From: Candidatus Woesearchaeota archaeon
GTDB lineage: Archaea; Nanobdellota; Nanobdellia; Woesearchaeales; UBA10107
Length of the DNA: 8,119 nucleotides
NCBI GenBank assembly: GCA_013331965.1
Contig: DUFL01000011.1
Coordinates: 11,126-19,244, forward strand
Reading direction: 5' to 3'
The notes under the pieces are model-generated. The model saw only the letters and a program-made list of their open reading frames with translations. It searched no databases and had not been told where the DNA came from. Both the position numbers and the translations under genes were made by a program. Positions 4,864 to 8,119 of the stretch are shown here, one piece after another. Position 1 is the stretch's first letter; each line of letters begins with the position of its first letter.

Positions 4864-5937
4864 TTAATCAACAAACTCTATTCCGAGCTCGTTTTCAATC
4901 TCCCTTTGTTTTTCTCTTGTAACACGCTTTTTAGGGCCGAATATCTGAGAGGATTTGACCCCTGTAATAATTAGTAATGCTCTGACTACTCCTGATAAAT
5001 CTTCCGATATTTGAGCTCCCCAGATAATCCTTGCGTCTTCATCAAGAGTTTCCGACACCGTCTCAACTATCTTTCTTGCTTCATCAAGAGTCATGTCTGA
5101 GCCTCCTGAAACATTAATCAATGCTCCAGTAGCTCCTGATATGTCAACATCCAATAATGGATTGTGAACAGCTTTTTCAACAGCTTCCTGAGCTCGATTA
5201 TCGCCATCAGCTTCTCCAACACCGATAAGAGCGACTCCTCCGTTGCCCATCACTGTCCTTATATCTGCAAAATCAAGATTGACTAATCCTGCTTTTGTGA
5301 CTAATTCAGCTATTCCCTTTACAGCATTTGTTAAAATCTCATCTGCAACTTTGAATGCAGTGTGCAGCGGCAAATCGGGAGCTAACTCAAGCAGTTTGTC
5401 GTTTGGAATCACAATTAAAGTATCAACAATGTTTTCCATCTTTTCAAGCCCGATAATTGCATTTTCAAATCTTCTCGAGCCTTCCATTGAGAATGGAAGA
5501 GTTACAACTCCAACAGTAAGGCATCCCATCTTCTTTGCAGTTTCTGCAACAACAGGAGCTGCTCCTGTTCCAGTTCCTCCTCCCAATCCGCATGTTATGA
5601 AAACCATATCAGCGTCTGAAAGAAGTTTTTTGATGTCCCCTTCTGATTCTCTTGCCGCTTCCTCTCCTATTTTCGGGATGGAGCCTGCCCCTAATCCTTT
5701 TGTGATGTCTTTTCCTATCAGTAATTTTTTATCTGCAGTAGTGTAAAGCAAATCCTGTGCATCTGTATTCATTGCGACAGTTTCTGCGCCTTTGATTCCT
5801 ACCTCGCTCATGCGGTTTATGGTATTATTTCCTCCGCCGCCTACACCAATGACTTTTATAGAAGCTTTTTGCTTGTTAAGAAATTCTTCCAGTTCCTTGT
5901 CCGTATCAAAATGCTGCCTTTCGCTTGAAATCTCCAT
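4864..5937 (-). CDS. ftsZ: Cell division GTPase FtsZ (FtsZ1-type context), 357 aa
   Basis: IKVIGVGGGGNNTINRM and the tubulin signature GGGTGTGAAPVVAE are present. The C-terminal peptide is ELGIEFVD. A GAGGTGG Shine-Dalgarno motif (rc of 5948-5954) lies upstream. The gene lies upstream of secE-spt5, as in many Euryarchaeota. Confidence 0.97.
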   Translation of the reverse strand: MEISSERQHFDTDKELEEFLNKQKASIKVIGVGGGGNNTINRMSEVGIKGAETVAMNTDAQDLLYTTADKKLLIGKDITKGLGAGSIPKIGEEAARESEGDIKKLLSDADMVFITCGLGGGTGTGAAPVVAETAKKMGCLTVGVVTLPFSMEGSRRFENAIIGLEKMENIVDTLIVIPNDKLLELAPDLPLHTAFKVADEILTNAVKGIAELVTKAGLVNLDFADIRTVMGNGGVALIGVGEADGDNRAQEAVEKAVHNPLLDVDISGATGALINVSGGSDMTLDEARKIVETVSETLDEDARIIWGAQISEDLSGVVRALLIITGVKSSQIFGPKKRVTREKQREIENELGIEFVD

Positions 5938-5971
5938 TTTAAATTAACCACCTCAACCTTTAATGCTCACT

Positions 5972-6679
5972 TTACTTCTTACTTGTATTTAAAGGTTGTT
6001 TTTCACTTGTTGGTTGCTTTTCCTCCTTGTTTTCAATGAAAACTAATTCCTTGATGGTAGGAACAAGTTCTTTTATTTTCTTTTCAAATTCTTTTTGGAA
6101 AACTTCCGGCAGTTTTAATGTTTTTACTGTCGCTTTTCCATTTGAAACTGAGACATTTATCTTGTCTTTCTTGAGATTTAAAGTCAGAGATATCATCGAT
6201 ATTATTTTTTCAGCATCATCCGTAACAATCTTATTTATTTTTATGGTGTATGACAGTTCTTTGCTTGACAATGGATGGTTGAAATCAACCATTATCCTTC
6301 CTCCGGTTACAGTTTTTACAATCCCTATATTTCCATCAACATCAATCTGCATCCCGACTTCCGGACGGGTATTTCCTTTTTTGAATGCGCTCATAGGGAT
6401 TAATTTAAGCAATTGAGCTGATTTTCTGCCGAATGCCTGCTCCGGAGCCAAGTCGATTTTGTATTCTTTTCCAACTTCTTTTCCAATGACTCCTTCATCC
6501 AGTCCTTTCAGAAGCTGATGCTCTCCAACACAGACTACAGTCGGTCCGTACTGTGCATAAGGATTGTGAATTCCTTTTTCCTTTGCTGTTTTTTCTGAAG
6601 TTGTGTCAAATACGAAACCGTCTTCTTTTACTATTCCGGTGTATTCAACTTCGATAAAATCGTGTTTTTTAACTGTCAT
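5972..6679 (-). CDS. FKBP-type peptidyl-prolyl cis-trans isomerase, long archaeal/SlyD-like form with an insert-in-flap and a C-terminal domain, 235 aa
   Basis: Recognisable motifs are FIEVEYTGIVKEDGFVFDTT, LLKGLDEGVIGKEVGKEYKIDLAPEQAFG and MVDFNHPLSSKEL, the last being the typical FKBP/SlyD DFNHPLAGK motif. A GAGGG Shine-Dalgarno-like motif lies 7 nt before the ATG. Confidence 0.9.
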   Translation of the reverse strand: MTVKKHDFIEVEYTGIVKEDGFVFDTTSEKTAKEKGIHNPYAQYGPTVVCVGEHQLLKGLDEGVIGKEVGKEYKIDLAPEQAFGRKSAQLLKLIPMSAFKKGNTRPEVGMQIDVDGNIGIVKTVTGGRIMVDFNHPLSSKELSYTIKINKIVTDDAEKIISMISLTLNLKKDKINVSVSNGKATVKTLKLPEVFQKEFEKKIKELVPTIKELVFIENKEEKQPTSEKQPLNTSKK

Positions 6680-6742
6680 TCTAATACCCTCTACCTGAGT
6701 TTTAATCTTTGGTAGAAATTAATATTTGTTTTAGATAGGTAG

Positions 6743-6750
6743 TTTATAAA
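6743..6750 (-). promoter_or_regulatory. Possible TATA box (TTTATAAA) for the FKBP-ftsZ-secE-spt5 operon
   Basis: This is the same 8-mer as at the rpl11 and 129-aa-ORF promoters. It lies about 67 nt upstream of the FKBP ATG, which implies a ~40-nt leader and fits the SD motif in front of FKBP. Confidence 0.35.
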
Positions 6751-6779
6751 GGTTTGGATAATTATTTTCCATACTGAAC

Positions 6780-7256
6780 TTATTTAGCATACCTCAGTGT
6801 AGATTCAGGGAATGTTATATAATTTTCGAGAGTTTCAATACCGGCATCCAGAAGCGTTCTTCTTAGTTCATGTCTTGCAGTATAGGGTTCTTTCATATAT
6901 CTTCTGAATTCTCCGCTGATGATTGCTTTTGGTATTTCATCTTCAAATACAGCCGTTGGATTATGTGCATAATTATGCACAGCAGCCTCTATCGCTGCAA
7001 AAGCTTCTTCCATGCTTAACAGCGAAATGTAGCTTCTTGTGCATGAGTCTCTCTGAACTGCTCTTTCCACTTTGGCTCTGTAATCTGCTGCCGAATTTTT
7101 CGATAATTTTACAATCTCTTTTCTTTGCATTCTAGAAAGATAAATAGGATCTGCGATTATTCTGTTGACAGTTTTTCCTGCTCTTATTGCCAATAGCTTA
7201 ATCAATCCGGCATCAAGATTCAATCCATCTTCGACATCTATTATGGACTCTTCCAT
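6780..7256 (-). CDS. Hypothetical protein, 158 aa, predicted helical. No family recognised.
   Basis: Intact ATG ORF of 477 nt in an AT-rich context, with a well-placed TATA box. The composition resembles that of neighbouring genes. I could find no diagnostic motif. Confidence 0.8.
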   Translation of the reverse strand: MEESIIDVEDGLNLDAGLIKLLAIRAGKTVNRIIADPIYLSRMQRKEIVKLSKNSAADYRAKVERAVQRDSCTRSYISLLSMEEAFAAIEAAVHNYAHNPTAVFEDEIPKAIISGEFRRYMKEPYTARHELRRTLLDAGIETLENYITFPESTLRYAK

Positions 7257-7278
7257 GTTTTATTCTTTTTATATGTGA

Positions 7279-7286
7279 TATATAAA
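7279..7286 (-). promoter_or_regulatory. TATA box (TTTATATA on the minus strand, preceded by AAGC) for the 158-aa gene
   Basis: The box is centred about 26 nt upstream of the ATG at 7256, which predicts a leaderless mRNA. It shares the AAGCTTTATA core with the rpl11 promoter. Confidence 0.5.
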
Positions 7287-7309
7287 GCTTATTGGTAACA
7301 AAAACAACC

Positions 7310-7317
7310 TTTATAAA
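7310..7317 (+). promoter_or_regulatory. TATA box (TTTATAAA) for the 129-aa ORF/thermosome transcription unit
   Basis: The box lies about 44 nt upstream of the ATG at 7358. The predicted TSS is near 7340, giving a leader of roughly 18 nt that ends in GGGGAAAA-ATG. Confidence 0.45.
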
Positions 7318-7357
7318 TCAGTTAAGTTTGCATAGCTCAGCTTGAACCTGGGGAAAA

Positions 7358-7747
7358 ATGACTATCCTTAAAGAAAGAACAAAACCGTTAGATGTTCTGG
7401 CAATAGAAGCCGGTCTAGTTGATATAAGCAAGCTTATTGTCCATGCAAGTTCTGCCGGGGCACTGCCTTTAAGTTTCTTTATCAAAGGAATGAGCAGCAT
7501 TTATTACAATAAAAAAGGATCATCTGCTGTCATATTTTCATTTAATGAAGCGAATGACTACAGTAATTCTGCAATTTACAGTATGGAAATGTCACGCATC
7601 TCATCTGCTCAGATGGGAAACTCATTTATTGATTTAAGTTCCGAAGCTCCGGTGTGCAGAGGAGAAGATGCAGTTAAAATGCTGAGAAATTATACAGCAG
7701 GAAGAGTCAATTCAGAGCAGGATGCACGGGAGAATGAAGATGAATAA
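7358..7747 (+). CDS. Hypothetical protein, 129 aa, Ser-rich with an acidic C-terminus. No family recognised. Overlaps the thermosome start.
   Basis: This is the only long ORF in the 390 nt between the promoter and the thermosome gene. A 129-codon open frame is very unlikely by chance at this A+T content. Its 3' end overlaps the thermosome start by 8-26 nt, depending on which start codon is used. Confidence 0.75.
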   Translation: MTILKERTKPLDVLAIEAGLVDISKLIVHASSAGALPLSFFIKGMSSIYYNKKGSSAVIFSFNEANDYSNSAIYSMEMSRISSAQMGNSFIDLSSEAPVCRGEDAVKMLRNYTAGRVNSEQDARENEDE

Positions 7748-8119
7748 AGATGTCCAGCCGATATTTATTCTGCCAGAGAACACAACGCGAAATACAGGCA
7801 GAAACGCGCAAAGAAATAATATCGCGGCTGCAAAATTAGTTTCTGAAACTGTAAGAACAACATTGGGTCCAAAGGGAATGGATAAGATGCTTGTTGATTC
7901 AATGGGGGATGTAATTATCACAAATGACGGCGCAACAATTCTCAAAGAGATGCAGATTGAGCATCCTGCCGCAAAAATGCTTGTTGAAGTCGCGAAAACT
8001 CAGGAGGAAGTTGTAGGGGACGGAACAACTACTGCTGCAGTTTTAGCAGGAGAACTGTTGAAGCAGGCAGAATATCTGCTTGAAAAAAACATACATCCGA
8101 CAATCATCGCAAAGGGGTA
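7740..8119 (+). CDS. ths: Thermosome subunit (group II chaperonin, Cpn60/TCP-1 family). N-terminal ~126 aa only; continues past the window end.
   Basis: I translated this by hand. Signatures present are [79 protein letters not shown] and [16 protein letters not shown]. The start at 7740 is preferred because GGGAG lies 7 nt upstream. In-frame alternative ATGs are at 7734 and 7722. Confidence 0.95.
   Translation, partial: MNKDVQPIFILPENTTRNTGRNAQRNNIAAAKLVSETVRTTLGPKGMDKMLVDSMGDVIITNDGATILKEMQIEHPAAKMLVEVAKTQEEVVGDGTTTAAVLAGELLKQAEYLLEKNIHPTIIAKG

Noticed and set aside
5243-6416. Plus-strand ORFs 5243..5746 (167 aa) and 6027..6416 (129 aa)
   Set aside because: They are antisense to ftsZ and the FKBP gene. 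Long antisense frames are common opposite highly expressed genes with biased codon use. Their translations are Ser/Phe/Pro-rich and show no motifs.
6923-7135. Plus-strand 70-aa ORF opposite the 158-aa gene
   Set aside because: It is fully nested antisense in a longer ORF that has a proper promoter, and it has no signals of its own.
7329-7353. tRNA-like string gcaTAGCTCAGCttgaacctgggg, resembling a D-arm
   Set aside because: I could build no matching D-stem closure, anticodon arm, T-arm (GTTCRANNC) or acceptor pairing on either strand. It lies in the predicted 5' leader of the 129-aa ORF. I found no T-loop motif in a GC-rich context anywhere in the window.
7277-7439. Near-repeat GATATA(TA)AAGCTTATTG at 7277-7294 and GATATA(AGC)AAGCTTATTG at 7421-7439
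   Set aside because: Exact 10-mers recurring within 8 kb of AT-rich DNA are expected by chance. The second copy lies inside a coding region and has no obvious regulatory logic. Not convincing without genome-wide motif statistics.
7318-7500. Minus-strand 60-aa ORF crossing the divergent promoter and the start of the 129-aa ORF
   Set aside because: It would run through the TATA box and 5' end of the plus-strand unit. It has no promoter and its translation is low-complexity.
7712-7945. Minus-strand 77-aa ORF
   Set aside because: It is antisense to the unmistakable thermosome coding sequence.
1-8119. Search for CRISPR arrays, IS/transposase genes, integrase or att-like sites, rRNA and tRNA
   Set aside because: No regularly spaced repeats, terminal inverted repeats or recombinase-like ORFs were seen. 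Apart from the short motifs reported, the window is ordinary coding sequence.

Overview
AT-rich, tightly packed archaeal housekeeping locus. I saw no rRNA, tRNA, CRISPR array or transposase. Most genes lie on the minus strand. Read 5'->3' on that strand, the order is: an orphan 158-aa gene; an FKBP-type PPIase; ftsZ; secE; spt5/nusG; an unrecognisable 299-aa gene; uL11 (rpl11) with a ~97-aa C-terminal extension; then, after a divergent promoter region, an untracked 56-aa AbrB/SpoVT-like ORF overlapping (ATGA) an aCPSF2-like beta-CASP RNase; a 193-nt spacer holding a GC-rich hairpin; and a 104-aa zinc-ribbon (TRASH/FCS-like) protein. On the plus strand are a 73-aa Cys-rich ORF, a 129-aa Ser-rich unknown ORF, and the 5' part of a thermosome gene that overlaps the 129-aa ORF and runs off the window. 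The ftsZ-secE-spt5-rpl11 backbone is the classic archaeal arrangement, but it is altered in three ways: the 299-aa orphan sits in the spt5/rpl11 junction, uL11 carries a stalk-hinge-like tail, and rpl1-rpl10-rpl12 are missing downstream. Fragmented operons, low G+C and many orphans suggest a small-genome uncultivated archaeon (DPANN-like); that is inference only. The items most worth follow-up are the 299-aa insert with its flanking direct repeats, the extended uL11, the AbrB-like/beta-CASP RNase pair with ATACTTAT repeats in its promoter, the GC-rich structured element at 379-490, and the unknown ORF coupled to the thermosome. Functional calls rest on motifs recognised by eye, since no database search was possible.
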